A DNA stretch of 54,888 nucleotides, from positions 1-54,888 of the IMG/VR virus record IMGVR_UViG_3300020472_000033. One strand, written 5' to 3'. The stretch comes from a virus (Duplodnaviria; Caudoviricetes). The notes beneath the pieces are model-generated. The model did not search any database, was not told the origin of the DNA, and saw only the letters and a program-made list of their open reading frames with translations. Each line of letters starts with the position of its first letter. Position 1 is the stretch's first letter. Of this stretch, positions 36,499 through 45,891 are shown in pieces. A program made the position numbers and the translations under genes.

Positions 36499-37713
36499 AT
36501 GGCTGTTGTGAAGCCCCTTTATATGAGCAATGGAAAACCAATACCAATGTCAACTACTATGGTTGACAATATTGTTGATGAATGTTGTTATCTTTACGGA
36601 GAAGGTTTTGATTATAATCATGGCACAGCTGTGCCACCAGTTTATCCCAAATCTTATAATTCCAATTCAGAAGCTACTACTTTAAACGATAATAGAATGC
36701 CTATCCTACCAGATACAGCACAAATTAGTGGTGGTGGTGCCGTTCATGCTCACAATTTGTTTCCTCAAGCCCAAACGATACAGTACGGTGGAAATGTGAC
36801 GGCAAGGGGTGATATTGATTGGAGAAGAGTTTGTGTTCGTGAATCAGAGCAATGGCAAACTTGGCGAGAAGATGTAGGCCAAGGTATTGATCCTTCTGCT
36901 AATATCGCAGCTGATGGGTTAGGATATAGGCCATCGGCATCTACCAATACTGATTATGCATCTGGTTTATATTTTCCTTTAAAATATAATGAAGATGGTG
37001 ACATTCAAGGTATGACTTTCACTGATTTTAAAGATACATTTATTCATCCTGCTATAGATAAGTTAGTTGAGGCTGGTACTACAGGCCTTTCAGCAACAGC
37101 TGCTGGAACTTTTATAGTTACTAATTCCTCATCACCACCAACTAATTTTGTTAATAAAGATGCACATAAGATCTTCCAAGATACTTGTGCTGATACTGAT
37201 TCATATACTACTGGAGCAAGTGGTATAACTATGGGTGGTGGTGGAGGCCCAGCGCCTGGAAACAACACTTACGGCCCTAGACAACAACATACAAAAGATG
37301 TTACTGGTGGTTCTTATTATTTACATATGAGAACAGGAACACAACTTAATATTCAACCAGCATTATTTTGGGATAATGACAGTAACAGTTTAAAAACAAA
37401 ATTTAATGAAGCACATTTTAATTGCTTTCTTAAAAGGTGGATGGCTGATACAGTAATTTATTCAACTGAAGGTTATAAAATTTGTTATGCTTTACTACCT
37501 AACGATAGTACTTGGCCAGGCGGTACTAATGGTAATGAAGTTAATAGAGGAATAATATATAATAAGATACTTGGAGGTTCTACATATACGACAGACGGAG
37601 CTGGTTCTGGCGATAGATATGCTTCTCAAATGTGGCCATCTGGCACATTAGCACAAGATGGAGCAGCTGGTCATGGGCCTTTTACATTATGGATACGTAA
37701 GCAATTTCCATAA
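36499..37713 (+). CDS. Putative virion protein
   Basis: 404 aa, Gly/Thr rich, AGGAG RBS. Confidence 0.7.
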   Translation: MAVVKPLYMSNGKPIPMSTTMVDNIVDECCYLYGEGFDYNHGTAVPPVYPKSYNSNSEATTLNDNRMPILPDTAQISGGGAVHAHNLFPQAQTIQYGGNVTARGDIDWRRVCVRESEQWQTWREDVGQGIDPSANIAADGLGYRPSASTNTDYASGLYFPLKYNEDGDIQGMTFTDFKDTFIHPAIDKLVEAGTTGLSATAAGTFIVTNSSSPPTNFVNKDAHKIFQDTCADTDSYTTGASGITMGGGGGPAPGNNTYGPRQQHTKDVTGGSYYLHMRTGTQLNIQPALFWDNDSNSLKTKFNEAHFNCFLKRWMADTVIYSTEGYKICYALLPNDSTWPGGTNGNEVNRGIIYNKILGGSTYTTDGAGSGDRYASQMWPSGTLAQDGAAGHGPFTLWIRKQFP

Positions 37714-37738
37714 ATTGAATTAAATATGAGGAGGTGAA

Positions 37739-38284
37739 ATGTTTACAAAAGAAAATACAGAGTCTATAGTTTTTGCTGATCAAGGGCAAAGATATATTTC
37801 TATTTATTATAATGATGATGAAGTTATAGATCCAGAAATAGGATTTGAACTTAGAAGAGCCGATTATGATTTAGATGATGATAAGAATCCAGACGTACAG
37901 CAAATTTTAAAACTATGGACTTTTGAAGAAATAGAATTAAATACTAGAAAACTTAAAAAACTAGAAAGACAAGCATTTGAAGCTGAGATTCTTGAGATTG
38001 CTAAACGAGATGGTCTAATTTTAGACCCTAAAGGAATACAAGAAACAAATGACTTAAAAAAGGTTGAAGTTGTTAGAGATGCAGAACCTTCAACTGCTTT
38101 TGAACTACTTTTCAAAGAACATGATTATGAGAATGAAAAAACTAAGGAACAATTATTTAAATGTAAATTAATGGCCTTTGAATTGGATGAGGTTAAAAAT
38201 TCTAAAAAAAGAAAAATAAAAAGTGAATTAAGAACTGCAAAAACATTTAGAGAAGTTTTAGAAAGTACTTTAAAATTTTATTAA
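37739..38284 (+). CDS. Hypothetical acidic protein (possible chaperone)
   Basis: GGAGGT RBS; LFKCKLMAFELDEVKNS. Confidence 0.75.
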   Translation: MFTKENTESIVFADQGQRYISIYYNDDEVIDPEIGFELRRADYDLDDDKNPDVQQILKLWTFEEIELNTRKLKKLERQAFEAEILEIAKRDGLILDPKGIQETNDLKKVEVVRDAEPSTAFELLFKEHDYENEKTKEQLFKCKLMAFELDEVKNSKKRKIKSELRTAKTFREVLESTLKFY

Positions 38285-38287
38285 ATT

Positions 38288-39382
38288 ATGATTTATGATA
38301 CAACAAAAAGATTAAGTTTTCATATAGAGGTAACTGATAAGTGTAATGCTAGATGTATTCAATGCTCTAGAAACATGATTGATAATAGTGGAAAATTAAA
38401 ACAAAGACCTAATTTACTTTTAACAGAACTTACTCTTAAAGATTTCAAAAAAATATTTAAAAATTTTAAATATCCTGTACGATTTATATCTATGTGTGGG
38501 AATTTTGGTGATGCTTTTATGGCTAAAGATATTTTTGAAATTACAGAATATCTTTGGACAGAAGTAATAGACCTTACCTATAAAAGCGATATGAGTTTTA
38601 ATATTCATACAAATGGTGGAATGAGAAACAAAGAATGGTGGTATGAATATGGAAAAATGGTTAAACGTGTTAGCAATGGCCGAGATTTAGTTACTTTTTC
38701 TATAGATGGTTTAGAAGATACTCATCATCTTTATAGAGTAAACACTAGGTATGATAGAGTAATAGAAAATGCTAGAGCATATATTGCTGGTGGAGGAAAT
38801 GCTGAATGGTCTTTTATAAGATTTGGACATAATCAACATCAAGAAGAAGAAGCAAAAAGAAGAGCTAAAGAATATGGATTTTCCTTTTTTATTCCTGTAG
38901 ATACTCAAAGGTTTTGGAATAAAGAACATATAGAATATAAATGGCGAAATAAAACTTATAGAATATCACCAGCAAAAAATAAAATAACTAAAGAAAAACG
39001 AATACTATCAGAAAGATTTAATTTAAATAAAGAAGAAGCAGTAAAAAATTCTAGAAATAATATAGAATGTGCTGTTTCTAAAAAGAATGAATTATTTATA
39101 GATTGTAGAGGGGATATTCATCCTTGTTGTTGGATAGGTTCGTGGCATTATCGTAATGTTAAAGGTATATATAATTTTGTAGAAGATCCAGAAAAACATC
39201 CAATAATGGAAATGCGAACAGTTAGAAATGCAATAAAAGAAGATTTAAGTGAGATAATTACAGATGATTTTTTCCAATATATTTTACCTATGAGTTTTGA
39301 GGTTTCTCCTAGTCATATATGTGTTAAACAATGTAGCAAAACGGATAAATTTACTACCACAAAAAAAAGAGCAGGAATTTAA
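38288..39382 (+). CDS. Radical SAM enzyme with C-terminal SPASM/twitch-like Cys motif
   Basis: CNARCIQC, CGNFGD, TNGG, SIDG, PCCW...CVKQC. Confidence 0.9.
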   Translation: MIYDTTKRLSFHIEVTDKCNARCIQCSRNMIDNSGKLKQRPNLLLTELTLKDFKKIFKNFKYPVRFISMCGNFGDAFMAKDIFEITEYLWTEVIDLTYKSDMSFNIHTNGGMRNKEWWYEYGKMVKRVSNGRDLVTFSIDGLEDTHHLYRVNTRYDRVIENARAYIAGGGNAEWSFIRFGHNQHQEEEAKRRAKEYGFSFFIPVDTQRFWNKEHIEYKWRNKTYRISPAKNKITKEKRILSERFNLNKEEAVKNSRNNIECAVSKKNELFIDCRGDIHPCCWIGSWHYRNVKGIYNFVEDPEKHPIMEMRTVRNAIKEDLSEIITDDFFQYILPMSFEVSPSHICVKQCSKTDKFTTTKKRAGI

Positions 39383-39383
39383 A

Positions 39384-40121
39384 ATGATTTTTGCAAATGA
39401 ATACGGTAGTGTGGATTTTTGGAAAGAAGTTAATATTCCAAATTTTAAAAAAGTAGCAGTAACATTATCAGCTGGAACTGACTCTGCTTTAGTACTGTAT
39501 ATGTTATGTACATATATTACAGAAAATAATTTAGATATAGAGATTTTACCTTTTACTGGTGTTGATACTAAAAGGCCTATGAATCATTTAAATGCTTCTG
39601 AAATAGTTGATTTTTTTCAAGAAAAATTTCCTAATATTACTTTTTTATCTCATTTTATATTTTGGTATGAACATACACCAAGAGATTCGGAAATGAAAAG
39701 AGAGGCTCATAGAAAGGAAGAACGTAAATTATATAACGAAGAAGATGTAAAACTTTTTTGTAGAGGTAAGTCTGCAAATCCACCAGAAGATGAAGCACAA
39801 AAACATAATATGTTTTTTGATAGAGAAAGAGAAAGAGATAGTGATATAGATGATGGCTATAAAATTTTTATGAGAACTGGTAGAGAAGGCAAGTCTGGAA
39901 GTGAGCCTGGGAGATGGATTTATACCCCTTTAGCATTTGTAGATAAAAGATTTGTAGCTAAATGTTATAAAGATTATGATTTAATGGAAGAATTATTTCC
40001 TATTACTGCATCTTGTATTGGATATGAAAAAACAACAGACTATTGGACTAAACCATGTAAAAAATGTTGGTGGTGTAAGGAAAAGTTATGGGCATTTGGT
40101 ATGTATGATGGAGGATTGTAA
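39384..40121 (+). CDS. PP-loop ATP pyrophosphatase (QueC-like)
   Basis: LSAGTDSAL; TASC...PCKKCWWCKE zinc site. Confidence 0.78.
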   Translation: MIFANEYGSVDFWKEVNIPNFKKVAVTLSAGTDSALVLYMLCTYITENNLDIEILPFTGVDTKRPMNHLNASEIVDFFQEKFPNITFLSHFIFWYEHTPRDSEMKREAHRKEERKLYNEEDVKLFCRGKSANPPEDEAQKHNMFFDRERERDSDIDDGYKIFMRTGREGKSGSEPGRWIYTPLAFVDKRFVAKCYKDYDLMEELFPITASCIGYEKTTDYWTKPCKKCWWCKEKLWAFGMYDGGL

Positions 40122-41494
40122 TGGCAAAACCACCATTATGTTATTATCCTTTTTTTGGTCTTTCTGATGATACTAAGGGATATTGGCAAGCTTGTTGTCA
40201 AGCAAAACCTTTTGAAAATAAAGACGGCAATCAAAAATATAATATTAAAAATATGTCTTTTTTTGAATTTTTTAATTCTAAAGAAATGAAACAACTAAGA
40301 TATGATATGGTTATGATGAATGAATCTTCTGAATTATATCAAAAAACTTGCAAAAATTGTATTGATGAAGAAAAGATGGGTGTTTTATCAATGCGAAGGC
40401 AAATAACAGACGCTCCATTTAAAAGGGGCCCAATGCAAGTAAATTATGACCAAGGATTATTTAGGCATAATTTACTTGAAGATATAAAACAAAATCCAAA
40501 TAATAATTTACTGCCTACAGATGTTAAATATTTAAAATTACATTTTTTTGGAAATTTGTGTAATTTAAAATGTATAAGTTGTCAACCTATGAGTTCTTCA
40601 AAAATTGCAGCTGAACATATAAAATGGAAAAATGGTGGTCAATGGCCAGATTGGGAAGAAGGGGGGAGTGTATTAAATAAAGAATTAAATTTACGTATGA
40701 TAGAAAGTGCTATTATTAATCCTTATAATAAATTAAATAAGAAAAAATTTTTTGATGAATTAGAAGAAAGTTTGCCTACTATAAAAATGTTAGATTTTGT
40801 TGGTGGAGAACCAATGTATAATAAACAAATAAAGGAGCTGTTAGAATGGATTGTTTCTAAAGAGTTATCTAAAGGGTTAATGATAAAATTTACAACAAAT
40901 GCTATGTATGAAGATTATGAATTATATAATTTATTAAAATATTTTAAAAGTACATCTGTAGATATTTCTCTAGATGGTGTAGGAAAGAAAGACGAATATT
41001 TAAGAACTGGTACTGTATGGAAAGAAAAAATAGAAATTATTGATAATATTTATCAAACATTTTCTCAAATATCTTGGAGTAATACTATACAACTTTGTAA
41101 TATTGGATATCTTGATGAAATGTGGAAATTTATAGAACAATGGAAAGAAAAATATCCTAGAAAAGGCGTCATATGGAAAGGAGAAGAATATGGTGTGGGC
41201 CCTTTAAATAATATATTAAGTTGGCCTCCTATATTACAAGGGGTAAATATTCCAAAAAAAGTAGCATATATGTATATTAAAAAGTATGAAGATAAAAAAT
41301 TTCCTAGAAAAACAGAATTTATTAATATGTTACAAAATGATAAAGAAAGAAATCATGACCTTTTTTTGCGAGGTATGGCTAGATATAAATTTTATGATAA
41401 AAAACGAGGTACTTGTTTATTAGACCAATGGCCAGAATTTACAGAGTGGTACAATGAAGATTTTAACAGCATTATGGGGAAACAAATATTCTGA
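40121..41494 (+). CDS. Radical SAM enzyme with N-terminal twitch-like domain
   Basis: N-terminal C..CC..CKNC; CNLKCISC; GGEP; SLDG. Confidence 0.9.
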   Translation: MAKPPLCYYPFFGLSDDTKGYWQACCQAKPFENKDGNQKYNIKNMSFFEFFNSKEMKQLRYDMVMMNESSELYQKTCKNCIDEEKMGVLSMRRQITDAPFKRGPMQVNYDQGLFRHNLLEDIKQNPNNNLLPTDVKYLKLHFFGNLCNLKCISCQPMSSSKIAAEHIKWKNGGQWPDWEEGGSVLNKELNLRMIESAIINPYNKLNKKKFFDELEESLPTIKMLDFVGGEPMYNKQIKELLEWIVSKELSKGLMIKFTTNAMYEDYELYNLLKYFKSTSVDISLDGVGKKDEYLRTGTVWKEKIEIIDNIYQTFSQISWSNTIQLCNIGYLDEMWKFIEQWKEKYPRKGVIWKGEEYGVGPLNNILSWPPILQGVNIPKKVAYMYIKKYEDKKFPRKTEFINMLQNDKERNHDLFLRGMARYKFYDKKRGTCLLDQWPEFTEWYNEDFNSIMGKQIF

Positions 41495-42050
41495 AGAGGA
41501 CGTTAAAAAACTTCCTATTGATATTTGTTTTTCTGATAGAAAAATTGAAGGTATTAAAACAATACCTATAGATATGTCTTTTAAAGGTACTTGGAAAAAA
41601 ATGACTTTATTTAATAAACAATTACAATTAGGTGATTGTTTATTTTTAGATTTGGATATTATTTTGCAAGGAGATTTAAATATTCTTATTGATTATTATT
41701 ATAACAATAGAAAGTCTGGAAAAGTTATGTTAGCCCATGTACATTGGTACGATAATAAAAAAATGAATAATAAATCTCATTATATAAATTGTAATGTTAA
41801 TAGTAGTGTATTTGCTTTTAATAATAATGAATGTAATCATATATATCAAGAGACAATAAAATATAAAGAGAGACTAGAATTATTATTTGAAGGAACTGAC
41901 AAATGGTTTTATCATAAACATAAAGATTGGTACACTTTCTGGCCAGATGAATGGATACAACATAATTTTTTAAATTATGAAAAATTAGATAAAACAAAGG
42001 CAATTATTATAAGTGAAAATACAAATGCAAAAGGAAGAAATAAAGTTTAA
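41454..42050 (+). CDS. GT-A glycosyltransferase-like protein
   Basis: WGNKYS, WKK, FLDLDII, NSSV. Confidence 0.75.
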   Translation: MKILTALWGNKYSEEDVKKLPIDICFSDRKIEGIKTIPIDMSFKGTWKKMTLFNKQLQLGDCLFLDLDIILQGDLNILIDYYYNNRKSGKVMLAHVHWYDNKKMNNKSHYINCNVNSSVFAFNNNECNHIYQETIKYKERLELLFEGTDKWFYHKHKDWYTFWPDEWIQHNFLNYEKLDKTKAIIISENTNAKGRNKV

Positions 42051-42693
42051 TTATGATTTAGGGTTATTTGGTGATACTTTAAATAGAATTATTCTTAGAG
42101 AATACCCACATAGATTACAAGATTTTATTAATAGTTTTTCTGGTAATCAAGTTCTGTGTAAAAAATGGCTTGTAACAGAATTAAAAAAACTTCTTATTAA
42201 AAGACAATATTTATCAAAAAGTAAAATTACCATATTAGGTTCTTGGTATGGAAATATTATTGTTCCTTTACTTGTAGATAATATTGAAGGTATAAAAGAT
42301 ATACAATTAATTGATATGGATGAGGATGCTTTAGATATTGGTAGAAAATTCTTAACTAGAAAATATAATGGAGTTAATATACATTATTTTAAAGAAGATA
42401 TTAATTTTACAGACTTTAGTGATTGGTATACTAATATAGTAATTAATACTTCTTGTGAACATATGATTCCTATGTCATCTATTTCTTTTAAAGATGATCA
42501 ATTTGTTTTATATATGTTACAATCTAATAATATGAAAGGACAAAGAGAACATATTAATTGTGTTAATAATACTATACAATTAGAAAAACAAAGTGATATT
42601 AATAAAAATTTTTATTCTGGAGAAAAAAAATTAGTAGGACAAAATAAAGAATTATATAAAAGATTTATGGTTATAGGAAAACGAGATGGTTAG
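42013..42693 (+). CDS. Class I SAM-dependent methyltransferase-like protein
   Basis: ILGSWYG, IDMD, INTSCEHM, QSNN, RFMVIG. Confidence 0.7.
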   Translation: MKIQMQKEEIKFNYDLGLFGDTLNRIILREYPHRLQDFINSFSGNQVLCKKWLVTELKKLLIKRQYLSKSKITILGSWYGNIIVPLLVDNIEGIKDIQLIDMDEDALDIGRKFLTRKYNGVNIHYFKEDINFTDFSDWYTNIVINTSCEHMIPMSSISFKDDQFVLYMLQSNNMKGQREHINCVNNTIQLEKQSDINKNFYSGEKKLVGQNKELYKRFMVIGKRDG

Positions 42694-43390
42694 TATATGT
42701 ACAGTACTAACAGGAACAAAATATGATGTTGATGTTGTAAATAAATTATATAGTTCTTTGAAAAAACACACTATAAAAGATTTTAAATTTTATTGTTATA
42801 CAAACCATACAGGGTTTGATTATAATATTAATATTATTCCTATAACCACTAAAAATAAAAAATTACAATGGTATAAATTAGATTATTTTAAAAAAGATAT
42901 TATAGATGAGGAAGATATTATATTAATGGATATAGATATGGATATTGTAGGCAATGTTGATTTTCTATTTGAGGATAATAGTTTAGATGAATTTAGAGGT
43001 ACACATAGATTTTGGTGGAGGTGGAGAGAGGATAGAGATAATAAAAAATTTGCATTAAGTGGTAGTGTATATAAATTTAAAAATGGCCAACACCAATATA
43101 TTGTGGATACCTTTGAAGAAAATATTTCTTATTGGGAAGAATTTTTTATTAATAAAGGAATAACACACGGGCCTGTTAATGGAGAACAACATTTTGTTCA
43201 AAAAATGTTAGAGGATAACAACACAAAAGTTACGATGTTTCCAGAAAAACATATTGTTAAATGGAATAATAATGATTTTTTACAACAAACAAAATTAGAA
43301 TATGCTTACGAAAAATATACAAAAAATAATTATATAAAAAAACAAAAATTTAATACAGATGTTAGGATAGTTCATTATGCTGGAGCATAG
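42686..43390 (+). CDS. GT-A glycosyltransferase-like protein
   Basis: GTKY, WYKL, MDID, GPVNGEQ, IVHY. Confidence 0.78.
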   Translation: MVSICTVLTGTKYDVDVVNKLYSSLKKHTIKDFKFYCYTNHTGFDYNINIIPITTKNKKLQWYKLDYFKKDIIDEEDIILMDIDMDIVGNVDFLFEDNSLDEFRGTHRFWWRWREDRDNKKFALSGSVYKFKNGQHQYIVDTFEENISYWEEFFINKGITHGPVNGEQHFVQKMLEDNNTKVTMFPEKHIVKWNNNDFLQQTKLEYAYEKYTKNNYIKKQKFNTDVRIVHYAGA

Positions 43391-44036
43391 TGTTTATTGT
43401 GTAAATGTTGGGAATAAGTATAGTCCAGACTATGTTTTTAGATTAAAATCTATGGTAGAAAGAAATTTAACCATACCTCATAATTTCTATTGTATTACGG
43501 ATAATCCACAAAACTATGATTTTTCTATAAAGGCAGATGAAGGTTTAGATACTTGGTGGAATAAAATTTCTATATTTAAATACACAGGAAAAAATATATA
43601 TTTTGATTTGGATGTAATTATACACAATTCTATAGATAATTTATTTCATAAAGATTTTCATATGATACTACCTATATGGAAAGATCCTTGGAAAGCAAAG
43701 ATTATTAAAGAACGGCCAGATTTAGGCACATCTTATACTAATTCTTCTGTTATGTGTTGGTATAATGAAAAAAAGATATATAAAAAATTTATGAAAGATC
43801 CCGAATATTATATGTTTAAATATAGGGGAGATGATAGATTTTTATTCCATGAAACAAAACATAAAACATTTAATGAAAAGATAATTTATTCTTATAGAGA
43901 TGGAGCTCATTGGAAAGATGACAACGATAAGTTTAAATACAGAAAAGAATATTCAATAGCGTTATTTCATCAAGAACCAGAAATACATGATTGTATAGAA
44001 CATAGTATTGTGAGGGAAAATTGGAAGATTGGTTAA
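43377..44036 (+). CDS. GT-A glycosyltransferase-like protein
   Basis: GNKYS.DYV, WWNKI, FDLDVII, NSSVM, GDD, FH. Confidence 0.78.
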   Translation: MLEHSVYCVNVGNKYSPDYVFRLKSMVERNLTIPHNFYCITDNPQNYDFSIKADEGLDTWWNKISIFKYTGKNIYFDLDVIIHNSIDNLFHKDFHMILPIWKDPWKAKIIKERPDLGTSYTNSSVMCWYNEKKIYKKFMKDPEYYMFKYRGDDRFLFHETKHKTFNEKIIYSYRDGAHWKDDNDKFKYRKEYSIALFHQEPEIHDCIEHSIVRENWKIG

Positions 44037-44518
44037 AAAAATTATATATGGAAAGTTATAATGATAACGTAGTCTATAAAAAGATTGATGCCACTGAAAA
44101 ATTAAATTGTACACGATTTGCATATTTGGGATGGGTATATTTGGTTGACTATCAAGAATTTTTAAAAAAAGGGTTTGTAATACACTCTCATAATAATAAT
44201 TTGGATGAAAATTGTAGATGGTATAAAAACTGTAAAGAAAGTGGTTGTGGCCATACAGTATTTTATGATACAAAAGATACGTGGGATTTTTATCTTAATA
44301 TAAGGTTATTAAATTATCGTTTTCCAGACCTTTGTGGTTCAGAAGTTAAAATGGAAAAAATTTGGGAAGATTGTCCTAGTAAAGATAAATCAATAAAAAA
44401 GTACTATTCTAAAGAATTTTTTTCATGTCAAGATCAATCACATAGCACTCTTATATTAAAAAAAGTTGATGAGGAATATTTGAAATTGATTACAGAGGTA
44501 ATAGGTAGAGATTTATGA
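44021..44518 (+). CDS. Hypothetical Cys-containing protein
   Basis: ORF fills the gap in the coupled operon. Confidence 0.6.
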   Translation: MEDWLKKLYMESYNDNVVYKKIDATEKLNCTRFAYLGWVYLVDYQEFLKKGFVIHSHNNNLDENCRWYKNCKESGCGHTVFYDTKDTWDFYLNIRLLNYRFPDLCGSEVKMEKIWEDCPSKDKSIKKYYSKEFFSCQDQSHSTLILKKVDEEYLKLITEVIGRDL

Positions 44519-45201
44519 AAATATTTGTAGTAAGAATAGGTGACAAATACGGCCCAGAGTATGAAACATATCTGGAAGAAAGACTTCCAGAATATGACTT
44601 TCATTGGATAAGAGAACCTTACTATCACGGCGTTCGTTTGCAATGGAATAAAATGTGGCCAATGTCTTCTAATTCAGATGAACCAGTTTGTGTGATGGAC
44701 ATTGATGTTCTTTTAGTTAATGACTATAAGAAGGTATTTGAATATCCTGTAGAACGTGGTGAATTTCTTGCAATGCCAGGATGGTGGAGAGATACTAAAG
44801 AAGAAGGTTATACTATTAATGGCGGATTCTTTAAATATCATCCTATAGATTGTAATTACATATATAAAAAGTTTATGATGAGTATAGATTATTGGCAACA
44901 ATATTATGTCAGAAATGGAGTTACAAAAGGCCCTGTTAATGGTGAACAGTATTTTGTAGAAGATAGTGTTAATGAAGAATTAACATTAAAACTATTACCG
45001 AATGAGTGGTTCACTCGTTGGGAAAGTAATACTAATGATAATTGGCAAGGCCAGATTACTACTAAGTACCGTAAAACAACAGGAAATGATTACATATATC
45101 TTGGTGGTGAATTTCATCCAGACATAAAATTTGTTCATTTTACACATTCTTTAAATAAACCTCATGAGTGGAAAGATTACGATGCCTTGAAATATAAATA
45201 G
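44515..45201 (+). CDS. GT-A glycosyltransferase-like protein
   Basis: GDKY, QWNK, MDID, NGG, GPVNGEQ, VHFT. Confidence 0.78.
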   Translation: MKIFVVRIGDKYGPEYETYLEERLPEYDFHWIREPYYHGVRLQWNKMWPMSSNSDEPVCVMDIDVLLVNDYKKVFEYPVERGEFLAMPGWWRDTKEEGYTINGGFFKYHPIDCNYIYKKFMMSIDYWQQYYVRNGVTKGPVNGEQYFVEDSVNEELTLKLLPNEWFTRWESNTNDNWQGQITTKYRKTTGNDYIYLGGEFHPDIKFVHFTHSLNKPHEWKDYDALKYK

Positions 45202-45217
45202 TTTATACTTATAAATA
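45193..45217 (+). promoter_or_regulatory. Tandem late promoters
   Basis: TATAAATA at 45193 and 45210. Confidence 0.75.
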
Positions 45218-45242
45218 AGAGTATAAATGGAGAACTTGAACA

Positions 45243-45578
45243 ATGGCAACACTATCTAATCTTTTTATAGACCAAGATGCAGACTTTTCTACAACCGTAA
45301 CAGTTAATGATGGATCAGGAAGTCCAATAGACCTTACTGCATATACAGCTATTGCTCAGATTCGGAAAAGTTATTCTTCTTCTACCTCAACGTCTTTTTC
45401 AGTAACATTTGTAAGTCCAAGAACTACTGGACAAATAACATTATCTCTTACAGATGTACAGACAGCAGCGTTGTCAGCAGGGAGATATGTTTATGATTTA
45501 GTTATAATTGCAAGTGGAGGTGATAAAACAAGAGTAGTTGAAGGAATTGCTACAATTAAACCTAGTGTTTCTAGGTAA
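45243..45578 (+). CDS. Ig-like virion adaptor protein (BppU-N-like)
   Basis: NLFIDQDADF, DLTAYT..AQIRKSY, GRYVYD, RVVEG. Confidence 0.8.
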   Translation: MATLSNLFIDQDADFSTTVTVNDGSGSPIDLTAYTAIAQIRKSYSSSTSTSFSVTFVSPRTTGQITLSLTDVQTAALSAGRYVYDLVIIASGGDKTRVVEGIATIKPSVSR

Positions 45579-45594
45579 ATAAAAGGAAACCAAG

Positions 45595-45879
45595 ATGGCA
45601 GTAAATGCTACGGTTAATACACCAAGAACAACACAAGCAAGTTTATCTGATGCAAATACCTCACAAGTTGTGAGGATAACTGTACCTGGCCCAAAAGGAG
45701 ATACAGGAGATTCAGGAAATTTAACTTTGAATACTTTACAAGATGTAAATGTATCTACTCTTAATGATGGTGCTGTTTTAGAATACGATACAACCACATC
45801 AAAATGGGTTGCAAAAAATACAATAGGTTCTGATGGTATAACACCAACACTATTAACAATTAATTGTGGAAATTATTAA
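45595..45879 (+). CDS. Small fibre-associated protein
   Basis: GPKGDTGD collagen-like triplets; LQDV...DGAVLEYD...KW. Confidence 0.75.
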   Translation: MAVNATVNTPRTTQASLSDANTSQVVRITVPGPKGDTGDSGNLTLNTLQDVNVSTLNDGAVLEYDTTTSKWVAKNTIGSDGITPTLLTINCGNY

Positions 45880-45891
45880 GGGAAATAAGCT

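Noticed and set aside
39384-40121. 7-deazaguanine DNA-modification pathway
   Set aside because: Only a QueC-like fold; no FolE, QueD or DpdA here, and the radical SAM proteins are long twitch/SPASM types rather than QueE-like; cannot exclude genes elsewhere in the genome
670-45797. Other short minus-strand ORFs in the track
   Set aside because: They overlap well-supported plus-strand genes and have no recognisable motifs
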